A stretch of 64,000 nucleotides of DNA from an uncultured Acidobacteriota bacterium (GCA_963844605.1 CAWJPE010000014.1:132707-196706), one strand, 5' to 3'. Shown: positions 44,684-55,169, counted from the stretch's first letter. Notes: generated from the letters alone by a model not told the origin. Made by a program: numbers and translations.

Positions 44684-47224
44684 ATGATTCTTGAGGACAT
44701 CCGCTACGCACTACGGCAGTTTGCCAAGGCTCCCGGGTTTACCGCGACAGCGGTTCTGACGCTCGCCCTGGGGATAGGCGCGACGACGGCGATCTTCACT
44801 CTCGTCTACGCGGTGCTGCTCAAGTCGCTGCCGGTGTCGAACCCGAGCGAGTTGATCCGCGTCGGCGACAACGAGAATTGCTGCATCAACGGCGGCATGC
44901 AGGACAATTGGTCGCTCTTCTCCTATGAGCAGTACAAGCAGTTTCGCGACAACACGCCGGGATTCTCGCAACTGGCAGCCTTCCAGGCTGGTCACAACCA
45001 GATTGGCGTGCGCCGCGAGGGCAGCAATCATCCGGCGGAGTCGCTGATCGGAGATTTTGTTTCGGGCAATGCCTTCGACACGCTGGGCCTCAGGGCCTAT
45101 GCGGGACGTCTGCTGAAGCAGTCCGACGATGACAAGGGTGCGCCTTCAGTGGCGGTAATCAGCTATCGCACTTGGCAGCAAAAGTACGGGGAAGATTCGT
45201 CGGTCGTCGGCGCGAGCTTTCAGATCAATGGCCAGCCGTTCACGATTGTCGGCATCACTCCGCCCGGATTTTTTGGCGAGCGGCTCGAAGGCGATCCGGC
45301 GTCGTTCTGGATACCGCTGAACAAAGAGCCGCTAGTCTTGGGCACCAACAGCGTGCTCGACGCGCCGGACCTCGACTGGCTCAACTTGATTGGCCGCATT
45401 CAACCGGGGGCCAACCAGAAGGAGATGGAGGCGCGGATGCAAGTGGGACTGCGCCAGTTTTTGCAAAGCCCAATACGCAAGCTTGACTCGCGCAGCACTG
45501 GGCTGATTCCGAAGCAGACGCTTCATCTTTCGCCGGGTGGCGGCGGCGTGCAGCGCATGCAGGAGCAGTTCAAGGATGCTCTGCACCTCCTGATGTGGAT
45601 CTCGGGGGCAGTCCTGCTGATTGCCTGCGCAAACCTGGCCAACCTGATGTTGGTGCGCGCCACCGCCAACAGGCAGAAGATTTCGATACAGGCAGCTTTG
45701 GGCGCGCCCAGGTCCAGGCTGGTCGGCCAGGCCCTGACCGAGAGTATTGTTCTCGCCGTGCTCGGAGGCATAGCCAGCCTGATCGTGGCCTACGGCGGAG
45801 CGCGGCTGATCGTGTATCTGGCTGCGGGCAAGAGTTACGTACCGATCGACGCTACGCCCTCACCGGCAGTGCTGGCATTTGCCTTTGCTGTGTCCATGGT
45901 GACGGGGATACTCTTCGGCGTAGCGCCGGCATGGGTGACGGCGCATGCTGATCCGATCGATGCGCTGCGCGATGCAAACCGCACGATGAAGCACAGCGGT
46001 CTGTGGACACAGAAGGCCCTTGTGGTAGTGCAGGCGGCGTTCTCCCTGATGCTGCTGTGTGCGGCGGCCTTGCTCATCCAGAGCCTGCGCAATCTGCATC
46101 ATCAGGACTTCGGATTCGACACGACGAACCGGTATATTCTGCACATCGATCCGCAGATGGCTGGCTATAAGGTAGAGCAGATTGACGCGTTGGATCGCCA
46201 ACTTCACGATTCTCTGGCAGCGATTCCCGGCGTGAAGTCGGTGGCCTGGTCGACCTACAGTCCCATGGAAGGCGACAACTGGGGCACCGGCGTTTACTTT
46301 GAAGGCAGGCAGCCTCCACCGCCCGGCAGCAACGAAAATGGCGCATCGTGGGTGCGAGCGAGCGCCGGATATTTCGATGCGGTGGGCACGCGCATCATTG
46401 GCGGCCGACCAATTACTGAACAGGACACGGCTTCCACGCGCAACATCGCCGTGGTCAACCAGGAATTCGTGAAGAAGTTCTACAAGGATCAAAATCCGAT
46501 CGGACAACACTTTGGCACTGACGACCAGAAATATGCCGGCATGTATGAGATCGTAGGTGTCACCGAGAACACCAACTACTGGCAGCCGACGAGCAAGATG
46601 CGCCCCATGTTTTTCGTCTCAGCGACCCAGCATTTGCATATCGACGATCCCGATGTAAAGCTTGGCGACACTTTCTCCCACATGCACCTCAACGCGTGGG
46701 AGCTGCGTACCAATCGGACGGTTCCTGGACTGGAGTCTCAGGTACGTGAAGCTCTGGCCCAGGTCAATCCGAACCTGACGGTGATCGACTTCCAGACGTT
46801 CGACGAGCAGGTGCAGGAGAACTTCAACCAGCAGGCGATGGTCGCAGACCTGACCTCCGTATTTGGACTGCTGGCCCTCGTGCTGGCTTCGATCGGTCTT
46901 TATGGCGTGACGGCGTACGCCGTGGCACGGCGCACGGGCGAAATCGGTATCCGCATGGCGCTGGGCGCGGATCGGACGGATGTCCTGCGTCTGGTGTTGC
47001 GGGGCGCGTTTCTCCTTGTGGGGATAGGGCTGGCCCTCGGCATCGTCTTCACCATGCTGGTCGGCCGGTTCATGGCGAGCCAGCTGTTTGGCGTCAAAGC
47101 CTACGACCCTGCCATTCTGCTGATCACAACAGTGATCCTCGGAGCGGCGGCGCTGATTGCATCGGTCATCCCGGCGCAGCGCGCGGCCAGCATCGAGCCC
47201 ATGGAGGCGTTGAGAACGGAGTAA
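44684..47224 (+). CDS. ADOP-family duplicated MacB/FtsX-type ABC transporter permease
   Basis: ILEDIRYALRQFAKAPGFTATAVLTLALGIGATTAIF is the classic ADOP N-terminus. Two MacB_PCD + FtsX modules. C-terminal RAASIEPMEALRTE. Confidence 0.9.
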   Translation: MILEDIRYALRQFAKAPGFTATAVLTLALGIGATTAIFTLVYAVLLKSLPVSNPSELIRVGDNENCCINGGMQDNWSLFSYEQYKQFRDNTPGFSQLAAFQAGHNQIGVRREGSNHPAESLIGDFVSGNAFDTLGLRAYAGRLLKQSDDDKGAPSVAVISYRTWQQKYGEDSSVVGASFQINGQPFTIVGITPPGFFGERLEGDPASFWIPLNKEPLVLGTNSVLDAPDLDWLNLIGRIQPGANQKEMEARMQVGLRQFLQSPIRKLDSRSTGLIPKQTLHLSPGGGGVQRMQEQFKDALHLLMWISGAVLLIACANLANLMLVRATANRQKISIQAALGAPRSRLVGQALTESIVLAVLGGIASLIVAYGGARLIVYLAAGKSYVPIDATPSPAVLAFAFAVSMVTGILFGVAPAWVTAHADPIDALRDANRTMKHSGLWTQKALVVVQAAFSLMLLCAAALLIQSLRNLHHQDFGFDTTNRYILHIDPQMAGYKVEQIDALDRQLHDSLAAIPGVKSVAWSTYSPMEGDNWGTGVYFEGRQPPPPGSNENGASWVRASAGYFDAVGTRIIGGRPITEQDTASTRNIAVVNQEFVKKFYKDQNPIGQHFGTDDQKYAGMYEIVGVTENTNYWQPTSKMRPMFFVSATQHLHIDDPDVKLGDTFSHMHLNAWELRTNRTVPGLESQVREALAQVNPNLTVIDFQTFDEQVQENFNQQAMVADLTSVFGLLALVLASIGLYGVTAYAVARRTGEIGIRMALGADRTDVLRLVLRGAFLLVGIGLALGIVFTMLVGRFMASQLFGVKAYDPAILLITTVILGAAALIASVIPAQRAASIEPMEALRTE

Positions 47225-47233
47225 GCGCTGCGT

Positions 47234-47545
47234 CTAACTCGGTCGCTCTTTCAAAATTCGCCGGAGATCGCGCGCTGAATGAAGCACAGCGTGAATGACG
47301 ATTCGTTCCGGAGTGCATTGATAGACAATCATGTATTTCTGAACAGGGAAGAAGAGGACCGAACGCGGGGTTAGATCCACTCGCGGATGTCCCGCTCTCG
47401 GAAACTGCTCAAGAAGGTCGAATGTCTTGAAGAATTCTTCTTCGATCTGGTCTGCGATTGACGAACTAGACTGAGCCGTGAGGTACTGCCAAACTTCGTT
47501 CAGATCGTCGACCGCTTGGGGTGAAAGAATGTAGCGCTTTGTCAC
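47234..47545 (-). CDS. parE: Type II toxin, ParE/RelE superfamily
   Basis: YILSPQAVDDLNEVWQYL...FPRAGHPRVDL...FFPVQKYMIVYQCTPERIVIHAVLHSARDL matches the ParE pattern. 4-nt overlap with the upstream antitoxin gene. Confidence 0.85.
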   Translation of the reverse strand: MTKRYILSPQAVDDLNEVWQYLTAQSSSSIADQIEEEFFKTFDLLEQFPRAGHPRVDLTPRSVLFFPVQKYMIVYQCTPERIVIHAVLHSARDLRRILKERPS

Positions 47546-47796
47546 GAGCGGCGCTGTTTCCTCGCTTGAAGGATGCGGCGTGCTTCATTGCCTGGAATTC
47601 CTTCGCCCCGCTCGATCTGAGAAAAGCTGTGTTCTATCTTGAGCCTGATCAATTCCCGATTGTCGTGAAGCCAGGTTTCCTGGGCGTCAAGCAATTCGAG
47701 CGCATGAGCGATCACTTCTTCAGGGTTTTTGAAGTGGCCCAGTTCGATTTCGCGCTTAATCCGCTGTTCGCTGGTTTCATCAACAGAGACATTCAT
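47542..47796 (-). CDS. parD: Type II antitoxin (ParD-like)
   Basis: 84-aa ORF overlapping parE by 4 nt. Helical, with a C-terminal toxin-binding-like tail. Confidence 0.7.
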   Translation of the reverse strand: MNVSVDETSEQRIKREIELGHFKNPEEVIAHALELLDAQETWLHDNRELIRLKIEHSFSQIERGEGIPGNEARRILQARKQRRS

Positions 47797-47849
47797 ACCA
47801 AGAGTCTACGACAGGTCTGCGATCTGCAAAACAGGACCAAAATTCAGTC

Positions 47850-49319
47850 CTACTTCTTCCTTGCTTTCACCTTGAACCAGATCGGCGAGCCTTCAAACCC
47901 GAAGGCTTCGCGAATCTGATTCCCAAGAAAGCGCTCGAAAGAGAAGTGCAGCTTCACGTCCCGGTCGGTGAAAAGGACAAACGTAGGCGGCGCGACCGCG
48001 GCTTGGGTCATGTAGAGAATTCGAACCCGCTTCGACAGCGGCACGCCTGCCTTTTGAAAATCGACCCGCTCCAGAAACCTGTTCATCTGCCCGGTGGTTA
48101 CGCGCTTGCGCCGCTCCTGCGCGACACGAATCGCCGTGTCGAGCACGCGGTTAAGGCTCCGGCTGTCCTTTTGCGCCTTGGCCGCAGAGATGAAGACAAT
48201 CGGTGCGTAGTCGAGATATTTGAGTTGATCGCGAACCTGGCTCTCGAAAATCTTCATGTCCGCCGGAGGCTTGCCGTCCGTGCGTCCCGTTGTCACCAGG
48301 TCCCACTTGTTGACGACAATCACCACCGACCGTCCGCTCTCGTGCGCATAGCCGCCAATCGTCGCGTCCGATGCCGTCACGCCTTCCGTCGCGTCAATCA
48401 TCAGGAGAGAAACATCGGCAGCCTCGAGATGGCGGCGGGCCATAATGACCGAGAGTTTTTCTGCCATTAGTTCAGTCTTGCCCTTGCGGCGAATACCCGC
48501 CGTATCGATGATGCGAAGCTGCTGGCCCTGGTAGTCAATCACCTCGTCAACGGCGTCGCGCGTCGTCCCCGCAATCGGCGAAACAATGGCGCGCGAGGTG
48601 CCGGTCAGCGCGTTCAGCAGGGTTGATTTCCCGACATTCGGGCGTCCAATGATGGCCAGCCGAGTCTCGTGTTGCTGATATTCGCCATGCGTCCGGTGCA
48701 CGGACTCTTGGGTCTCGTCTTCAGCACTAGATTCCTCTTCCACTGCGTCTTCCACCGGCCTGTCGTTGAAGGGCAGGACAGCGAAGACCTCGTCCAGCAG
48801 CTCGCCGATATTGTGCCCGTGCTCCGCGGAGATGGCGATGAGATTCCTGATCCCAAGCTGGCGGAAGTTCTCCGCTGCAGCGTCGAGCGCCTCAACATCG
48901 ATCTTGTTCACCGCAAGAAAAAGCGGCTTGCCGGAGCGGATCAGCAGACGGGCGAGATCGAGGTCGGGCGAAGCGAGTTCGGTGCGCCCATCGACCACCA
49001 TCACAATCGCGTCAGCTTCCTGTACGGCGACCTGGGCCTGGCGAAAAATCTCTGCCGGAATCAGCGCCACATCGTCGGGGATGATGCCCCCCGTATCCAC
49101 AATGCGCGCCGTGCGTCCGGACCACTCGACCTCGCCGTAGATGCGGTCGCGCGTGATTCCCGGTTCATCTCCCACAATCGAACGGCGCGAGCCGGTGAGG
49201 CGATTAAAGAGCGTCGACTTCCCAACGTTCGGGCGCCCAACGATTACAAACACGGGCTGGCCATCTCCGGTTTGCCCGGAGTTCTTGATTCGCGACTTCC
49301 TGCTATTGGATTTCTTCAA
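47850..49319 (-). CDS. der: Ribosome-biogenesis GTPase Der (EngA)
   Basis: Two tandem G domains (GRPNVGKSTLFN / DTGG / NKID, then GRPNVGKSTLLN / DTAG / NKWD) plus a KH-like C-terminus. Confidence 0.97.
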   Translation of the reverse strand: MKKSNSRKSRIKNSGQTGDGQPVFVIVGRPNVGKSTLFNRLTGSRRSIVGDEPGITRDRIYGEVEWSGRTARIVDTGGIIPDDVALIPAEIFRQAQVAVQEADAIVMVVDGRTELASPDLDLARLLIRSGKPLFLAVNKIDVEALDAAAENFRQLGIRNLIAISAEHGHNIGELLDEVFAVLPFNDRPVEDAVEEESSAEDETQESVHRTHGEYQQHETRLAIIGRPNVGKSTLLNALTGTSRAIVSPIAGTTRDAVDEVIDYQGQQLRIIDTAGIRRKGKTELMAEKLSVIMARRHLEAADVSLLMIDATEGVTASDATIGGYAHESGRSVVIVVNKWDLVTTGRTDGKPPADMKIFESQVRDQLKYLDYAPIVFISAAKAQKDSRSLNRVLDTAIRVAQERRKRVTTGQMNRFLERVDFQKAGVPLSKRVRILYMTQAAVAPPTFVLFTDRDVKLHFSFERFLGNQIREAFGFEGSPIWFKVKARKK

Positions 49320-49553
49320 CGTGCTTGCCGACCTGACAGGGATGAGATTCGTCCCTCAACGGCAAATGCCGCGAATGTGGACTGAGTTCGGCGCGATGGT
49401 ATGCCCTTCATGATTCTATCGTGCAACAGTCTTGACGGCCCGTTAACTGACTCAGTGCGGAGAACGGTACTCCCGGGCTGAACCTGGGCTACAATCGAAC
49501 TTTTTCACAGCGCACCGGATATCCTTAAGAAATCTACTACCGAGAATTCCGCC

Positions 49554-51542
49554 TTGTCCTCCACTACCCAAACCTCGCCCGCGCTACCTTCGCTTTACGA
49601 CTTCTTCGCTCCCGGTGGAGTCCTCTCGCGGTCGCAGCTGCCCTATGAGTTTCGCCGCGGTCAACTGGAGATGGCGCAGGCCGTCGAGCGAGCACTCGAC
49701 GAAAACCGCCACCTGATCGTGGAAGCCGGGACGGGCACCGGCAAGACGCTGGCCTATCTTCTGCCCGCGCTGCGCTCCGGACGACGCGTGATCATCTCCA
49801 CCGGCACGAAAAATCTCCAGGAGCAGCTGTTCTTCAAAGACATTCCTTTCCTCGAATCGTTGCTAGGTCCGCTGCGCGTCTGCTACATGAAGGGCCGCGC
49901 GAATTACGTCTGCCGCCACAAGCTGTACGCGCTGCGCAGCCAGCCCATTCTTTCCGGCCTCGAAGAAATCTCGCAATATCACACCATCGCCGAGTGGGAG
50001 AAAACCACCGAGACCGGCGACCGCGCCGAGATTGACGATCTGCCCGAAACCAGCCAGCTCTGGGCCAAGCTCGACGCGCGCAGCGATGCCTGCCTTGGCC
50101 AGAGTTGTCCCGACTACGAGCGCTGTTTCATCACGGAAATGCGGCGCAAGGCGGCGGAGAGCGATGTGATCATCGTGAACCACCACCTGTTCTTCGCCGA
50201 TCTCGCCATCAAGCAGCAGGCCGGATCCGCGCCCGACGGAGGCGTGCTGCCCGATGCAGGCATCGTCATCTTCGACGAGGCGCATGAGTTGGAAGACGTG
50301 GCGTCGAGCTACTTCGGCATCAGCCTGAGCAACATTCGCTTTGAGGAACTGGCCCGCGATCTGGAGACGATGCTGCGTGCCAAGCAGGCGCTCAACTCAA
50401 GCATTACGAGTGCGGCGCAGACCGCGCGCGAGCGGGCGCGGATGTTCTTCGCGGCATTGCCGCGCGGAGCGGCTAAGTCCGGCGCCGATGGCCGCATGCC
50501 CTTTCTCAATCGCGAGGAGTTTCTGGAGACACAGGGCGATCTCTATCTCGGCCTGCTGAATGCACTGCATCGTCTGGAAGGCGAGTTGGAGCGGGTGCGC
50601 GGCGTGGAGGAGGCTCCGCCCTTGAGAAAGCGCGCCGCCGATATTCGCGAGCAGTTGAAGTTCTTGCTGGAGGCGAATGAGCGTAATACCGTCTTCTGGC
50701 TGGAGCGTCGCGGGGGCAGAGGACACGGCTCGGCTCCGGTCACTTATCTACAGGCCACGCCCATCGACGTGTCGGAGCTGCTCGGTGAGCTGCTCTTCGA
50801 GAATTTCCCCAGCATCGTGCTCACCTCGGCCACGCTCACCGTGCAGGGAGGCTTCGCCCATATCCGCAAGCGCCTTGGCATGAGTGACGCACGCGAGTTG
50901 GTCGTGCCCTCGCACTTCCGTTACGGCGAGCAGGCGCTGCTCTATCTGCCACCTGATATGCCCGACCCGCGCCACGCGAATTTCCAGGAAGAAGCCGCGA
51001 AGCGCATTCGCCGCATGCTCGACATCACTCAGGGCCGCGCCTTCTGCCTCTTCACCAGCTATCAGCAGATGCACGATCTGTACGAGCGCCTCCTGGTCGA
51101 GGTGGGCTACCCGCTGCTGTTGCAGGGCACGGCTCCGCGCAAGGCGCTGCTTGAGGAGTTTCGCGAGACGCCGAACGCCGTTCTCTTCGGCACGTCGAGC
51201 TTCTGGCAAGGCGTCGACGTGCAGGGAGAAGCGCTGAGCTGCGTCATCGTCGACCGCCTGCCCTTTGCCGTTCCCACTGACCCGGTAGTGCAGGCGCGCA
51301 TGCGCGCAATTGAAGAAGGCGGCGGCAATCCCTTCTTCGAATACCAGGTGCCCTCGGCCGTCATCACGCTCAAGCAAGGCTTTGGCCGGCTCATTCGCTC
51401 GCTCGAAGATCGCGGCGTGCTCATGCTCCTCGATCCGCGTATCCAGCAGAAACGCTACGGGCGCGTCTTTATCGAGAGCCTGCCGCCTTACCGCATCACG
51501 CAGGACATCGCCGCTGTCGAGACCTTCTTTGAGCGGAACTAA
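49554..51542 (+). CDS. dinG: DinG/XPD-family ATP-dependent DNA helicase
   Basis: Walker A EAGTGTGKTLAYLLPA. DEAH box (IFDEAHEL). Candidate Fe-S cysteines (C..C...DACLGQSCPDYERC). C-terminal helicase motifs SFWQGVDV and LKQGFGRLIR. TTG start. Confidence 0.9.
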   Translation: MSSTTQTSPALPSLYDFFAPGGVLSRSQLPYEFRRGQLEMAQAVERALDENRHLIVEAGTGTGKTLAYLLPALRSGRRVIISTGTKNLQEQLFFKDIPFLESLLGPLRVCYMKGRANYVCRHKLYALRSQPILSGLEEISQYHTIAEWEKTTETGDRAEIDDLPETSQLWAKLDARSDACLGQSCPDYERCFITEMRRKAAESDVIIVNHHLFFADLAIKQQAGSAPDGGVLPDAGIVIFDEAHELEDVASSYFGISLSNIRFEELARDLETMLRAKQALNSSITSAAQTARERARMFFAALPRGAAKSGADGRMPFLNREEFLETQGDLYLGLLNALHRLEGELERVRGVEEAPPLRKRAADIREQLKFLLEANERNTVFWLERRGGRGHGSAPVTYLQATPIDVSELLGELLFENFPSIVLTSATLTVQGGFAHIRKRLGMSDARELVVPSHFRYGEQALLYLPPDMPDPRHANFQEEAAKRIRRMLDITQGRAFCLFTSYQQMHDLYERLLVEVGYPLLLQGTAPRKALLEEFRETPNAVLFGTSSFWQGVDVQGEALSCVIVDRLPFAVPTDPVVQARMRAIEEGGGNPFFEYQVPSAVITLKQGFGRLIRSLEDRGVLMLLDPRIQQKRYGRVFIESLPPYRITQDIAAVETFFERN

Positions 51543-51613
51543 ATCGCGCTTGACCATCCTCGCGCGCTTGCCTCAGAGTTGGTCTGCTTCCTCATTTTCC
51601 TGAAGGACAAGAT

Positions 51614-53068
51614 ATGCGAACGATCCACAGGATCTTTGCGGCTATTTTGTCGTGTGCCTTGATCACCCTTGCACACGCCCAATCGCCCGACCCTCTGAAG
51701 CCGTTTGTGACCGAAGATGCCCCCATCCTGGTGCTGAACAACGTCCGCCTCATCGACGGCACAGGCGCGCCGGCGCGTGAGATGATGCGCGTCGATATCG
51801 ATCATGGCAAGATCACGAATGTGCAGAGCGCGCTGCTGCGCAATGCCTTTCCCCCCAACGCCAAGGTGCTCGACATGACCGGCAAGACCGTCTTTCCCGG
51901 ACTCGTCGGCATGCATGAGCATCTTTTTTATCCCTTGCCCGACGGCGGCCCCGGCCTGCTCCCGCTCTATGGAGAGATGGCCGACAGCGCACCTCGCCTC
52001 TACCTCGCCGGCGGAGTCACGTCTGCACGCACTGCCGGAAGCCTGGAGCCTTACACTGACATTTCAGTGAAGAATGCAATCGATGGCGGGCAGATCCCCG
52101 GCCCGAAACTCTTTCTCACCGGCCCGTATCTTGAGGGTTCGCCCTCTATCGGCCCTCAACTGCACACGCTTACCGGCCCCGACGACGCGGCGCGCCTCGT
52201 CGACTATTGGGCGGCGGAAGGCATCACCTCGTTCAAGGCTTACATGAACATCACGCCGGATGAGCTTAAGGCCGCCATCGAGCACGCGCATGCGAAAGGT
52301 TTGAAAGTAACCGGACACTTGTGCGCCGTGGGCTTCAAAGAGGCCGCAGCGCTGGGCATCGACAATCTGGAGCATGGCCTTGCCGTGGACACAGAGTTCT
52401 ATCCGGACAAGAAGCCCGGAGTCTGTCCCGGTATGCACCCGCCGCAGGTCGCGCTTTCGAGGCTGGACGTCGAGGGGCCGGAGATCCAGGCAACCATCCA
52501 GGATCTTATAGCCCATCACGTCGCGGTCACCTCCACGCTCGCCATCTTCGAAAGCTTTGTGCCCAACCGTCCCCCCATGAGCGAAGCCATGCGCGTACGC
52601 GAATCGCTGCTGCCTCAGGCCTGGGGAGACTACGTCACTGTGCGCGCTCGCATCGCGGGCTCAACCGAGCCGTCCCTTTGGGCGACACTCTTCAAGCAGG
52701 AGCTCCAGTTTGAGCGCGACTTCGTCAAGCGGGGTGGCCTGCTGATGGCCGGTTGCGATCCCACCGGGTACGGCGGAGTGCTGCCGGGCTTTGGCGACCA
52801 ACGCAATATCGAGCTTCTTGTCGAGGCCGGGTTCACTCCGGAAGAGGCCATCCACATCGCCACCGAGAACGGCGCAGTGTGGCTCGGCGAAGATCAGCAC
52901 TTCGGAACCATCGCTGCGGGCAAGGCCGCCGACCTCGTTGTGGTGAACGGCAACCCGTCCAAAGATATCCACGACGTCGAAAAGGTGGAGACGGTTTTCA
53001 AGGACGGCGTCGGCTATTCGCCCGACAAACTAGTCTCTTCCGTGCGAGGTCTGGTCGGAATCCGCTAG
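51614..53068 (+). CDS. Secreted amidohydrolase-family protein
   Basis: Signal peptide, then LIDGTG...PGLVGMHEHL (metal-binding HxH), a TIM-barrel amidohydrolase pattern and C-terminal DLVVVNGNP. Confidence 0.85.
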   Translation: MRTIHRIFAAILSCALITLAHAQSPDPLKPFVTEDAPILVLNNVRLIDGTGAPAREMMRVDIDHGKITNVQSALLRNAFPPNAKVLDMTGKTVFPGLVGMHEHLFYPLPDGGPGLLPLYGEMADSAPRLYLAGGVTSARTAGSLEPYTDISVKNAIDGGQIPGPKLFLTGPYLEGSPSIGPQLHTLTGPDDAARLVDYWAAEGITSFKAYMNITPDELKAAIEHAHAKGLKVTGHLCAVGFKEAAALGIDNLEHGLAVDTEFYPDKKPGVCPGMHPPQVALSRLDVEGPEIQATIQDLIAHHVAVTSTLAIFESFVPNRPPMSEAMRVRESLLPQAWGDYVTVRARIAGSTEPSLWATLFKQELQFERDFVKRGGLLMAGCDPTGYGGVLPGFGDQRNIELLVEAGFTPEEAIHIATENGAVWLGEDQHFGTIAAGKAADLVVVNGNPSKDIHDVEKVETVFKDGVGYSPDKLVSSVRGLVGIR

Positions 53069-53083
53069 CATGAGTTCTGACGG

Positions 53084-53344
53084 ATGGCTCGCAACCTCTA
53101 CATTCTGGCCGCAACCTTGCTGCTCTTCGCGCTTGTCTCCTGCGGCATGACTCTACGAAGCCCGACCCTTCAGCCCGGCCTCCCCGGAAACGGCTCGCTG
53201 TGGAAGACGACGGGTCTTTTCCTCTTGCTCGGAGGGCTGATCGTCGCGCTCATGGGCGTGATGACGGCGATGTTCGAGCAGGTCGACCGCCGCGCCGACG
53301 AGCGTCGCCAGCGCGAGCGCGCCAGGCGCAAGCCGGGCTATTGA
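53084..53344 (+). CDS. Small membrane/lipoprotein-like hypothetical protein
   Basis: LAATLLLFALVSCG looks like a lipobox, with a second TM helix and a basic tail. Support is ORF plus hydrophobicity only. Confidence 0.45.
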   Translation: MARNLYILAATLLLFALVSCGMTLRSPTLQPGLPGNGSLWKTTGLFLLLGGLIVALMGVMTAMFEQVDRRADERRQRERARRKPGY

Positions 53345-53402
53345 TCCTTACAAAAGCTACAATAGACACAGGGCCTTTTGCCCGAGAGAGCTTACCGAAG
53401 AA

Positions 53403-53780
53403 ATGTATGAAGTTACCGTGGAGCGCGATTTTTCCTCCGGACACTTTTTGAGGAATTATCGCGGCAAGTGCGAGAATCCGCATGGGCACAACTACAAGGT
53501 CCGCATCACCTTGCGTGGCGAAACTCTGGACGTCTCTGGATTGCTTCTCGATTTCAAAGATCTGAAGCATGTGATGCGACCTGTCATCGAGCGCCTCGAC
53601 CACCAGATGCTGAACGATATTGATCCCTTTACCGAAATCAATCCGTCAGCCGAAAACCTGGCCCGCTATTTTTACGACGAGACCAATCAGCAGCTCAGTG
53701 AGATGACCAGCGGCCGTGTCCATGTGAAGGACTGCACCATCTACGAGACCGATACCACGACCGCAACCTACTACGAGTAA
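53403..53780 (+). CDS. queD: 6-carboxy-5,6,7,8-tetrahydropterin synthase
   Basis: FSSGHFLRNYRGKCENPHGHNYKV matches the QueD/PTPS zinc and catalytic motif. Adjacent to queE. Confidence 0.95.
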   Translation: MYEVTVERDFSSGHFLRNYRGKCENPHGHNYKVRITLRGETLDVSGLLLDFKDLKHVMRPVIERLDHQMLNDIDPFTEINPSAENLARYFYDETNQQLSEMTSGRVHVKDCTIYETDTTTATYYE

Positions 53781-53784
53781 GTTC

Positions 53785-54465
53785 TTGTATCTCATCGAAA
53801 TCTATAAATCCGTCCAGGGCGAGTCGAGCTTTGCCGGTGTGCCATGCATCTTCGTGCGTCTTGCCGGCTGCAATCTGCGCTGTTCGTGGTGTGATTCCGA
53901 ATACACCTTCACCGGCGGCTACAAGCTCAGCGAAGACGAGGTTGTAGCCGAGGTCGCGAAGCTCGCGCCAGTCAAACTCGTTGAGTTCACCGGCGGAGAA
54001 CCCCTGCTCCAGGAGCGCGAACTGATTCCGCTGATGGAGCGGCTGCTGGCTCTCGGCTATGAGCTGATGATCGAGACCAGCGGAGAGCGCCCGGTGGAGA
54101 ACGTTCCCAATGCAGTCCACAAGATCGTGGACGTGAAGTGTCCGGGCTCGGGCGAAGCCGGACGCTTTCGTGTGACAAATCTGGCGTCCCTGACGGAGCG
54201 CGACGAGCTAAAGTTCGTCATTACCAATCGCGACGACTATGAATTTGCCCGCGATTTTATTCGAGCCAACGTGCTCGAAGGGCGCGTCGGACAGATCCTG
54301 CTCTCGCCCGCGTTCTCCAAGACTCCGACGCCCGACCGCAGCACAGCGAACTGCCTGCTTGATCCCCGCGAGCTTGTAGAGTGGATGCTCGCCGACGGCC
54401 TAAACGCACGCCTGAGCCTCCAAATTCACAAATATGTTTGGGAGCCGCAGAAAAAGGGCGTCTAG
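53785..54465 (+). CDS. queE: 7-carboxy-7-deazaguanine synthase (radical SAM)
   Basis: IEIYKSVQGES...FVRLAGCNLRCSWCDS (CxxxCxxC radical-SAM cluster). TTG start. Confidence 0.9.
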   Translation: MYLIEIYKSVQGESSFAGVPCIFVRLAGCNLRCSWCDSEYTFTGGYKLSEDEVVAEVAKLAPVKLVEFTGGEPLLQERELIPLMERLLALGYELMIETSGERPVENVPNAVHKIVDVKCPGSGEAGRFRVTNLASLTERDELKFVITNRDDYEFARDFIRANVLEGRVGQILLSPAFSKTPTPDRSTANCLLDPRELVEWMLADGLNARLSLQIHKYVWEPQKKGV

Positions 54466-55109
54466 TGCTGGCTCTCCAAATACTTATCGAACGAAATCTC
54501 GAAGTAGAACATTTCTTTGCCTGCCGCGTCGCGTAGCTCGCGCAGGTTCAGCTTGGCTCCGCGGAGAGGATTGCCGCCCAACCCATCCATGTCGTAAAAA
54601 AGAAAGCCGGCACGCGTCGTGTGCGGTTCGACGGCAATCGCCGAGTATTCAAACTCTGAAAAATCCTGCTCGATCTTCGAGTCCGGAGTCTTCACTTTCC
54701 CGCCCATCGGAGGCAGCGGTGCGGGCATGGGAATCTTTTTGCCCGCATTGCTGACGTGCGTCATGCGGCGTTCTACGTCCTCCGGTTCGGCTGCAGGAAT
54801 CTTGTCACCCGCGGCGCTGATGAAGTTAATACGAGCGTCATTCAAGGATACGGGCCGGTCCCCGTTGTTCGTCACGATGAGCCGAATCGGCATGAAGCCG
54901 TTTTTCAGGTAGTCAACTCGAAAGATGCTCTCCTTTTCTTTTGTATCGAAGGGCTCGGCTGCAATCACCACGTGGTCATCCGGGTGTGCATCGAAGGCCG
55001 CATAGGTCGAGGCGTCTTTTGCGGGCGGCGGAGCGTGGTCGGAAGCCGGAAGCGCCGCCGTCGCGAACGGGAGAGCGAGGGCGAGAGAAAACAGGGAAGG
55101 CAAGCGCAT
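54462..55109 (-). CDS. Secreted hypothetical protein
   Basis: Signal peptide MRLPSLFSLALALPFATAALPA. No family recognised. Start taken at the internal ATG 55109. Confidence 0.6.
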   Translation of the reverse strand: MRLPSLFSLALALPFATAALPASDHAPPPAKDASTYAAFDAHPDDHVVIAAEPFDTKEKESIFRVDYLKNGFMPIRLIVTNNGDRPVSLNDARINFISAAGDKIPAAEPEDVERRMTHVSNAGKKIPMPAPLPPMGGKVKTPDSKIEQDFSEFEYSAIAVEPHTTRAGFLFYDMDGLGGNPLRGAKLNLRELRDAAGKEMFYFEISFDKYLESQH

Positions 55110-55169
55110 GTTCTTCCACACGATTATCATCTTCGGTTAAGACCTGCGTAAAGTGAGATTCGTAAGCGG

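Noticed and set aside
49420-49553. Promoter-like hexamers (TTGACG at about 49431, TACAAT at about 49488) between der and the DinG-like gene
   Set aside because: The two hexamers are not at a 16-18-nt spacing from each other, and neither has a matching partner element. I cannot support a promoter call from sequence alone.
50748-51557. 269-aa minus-strand ORF
   Set aside because: It is antisense to the C-terminal helicase domain of the DinG-like gene.
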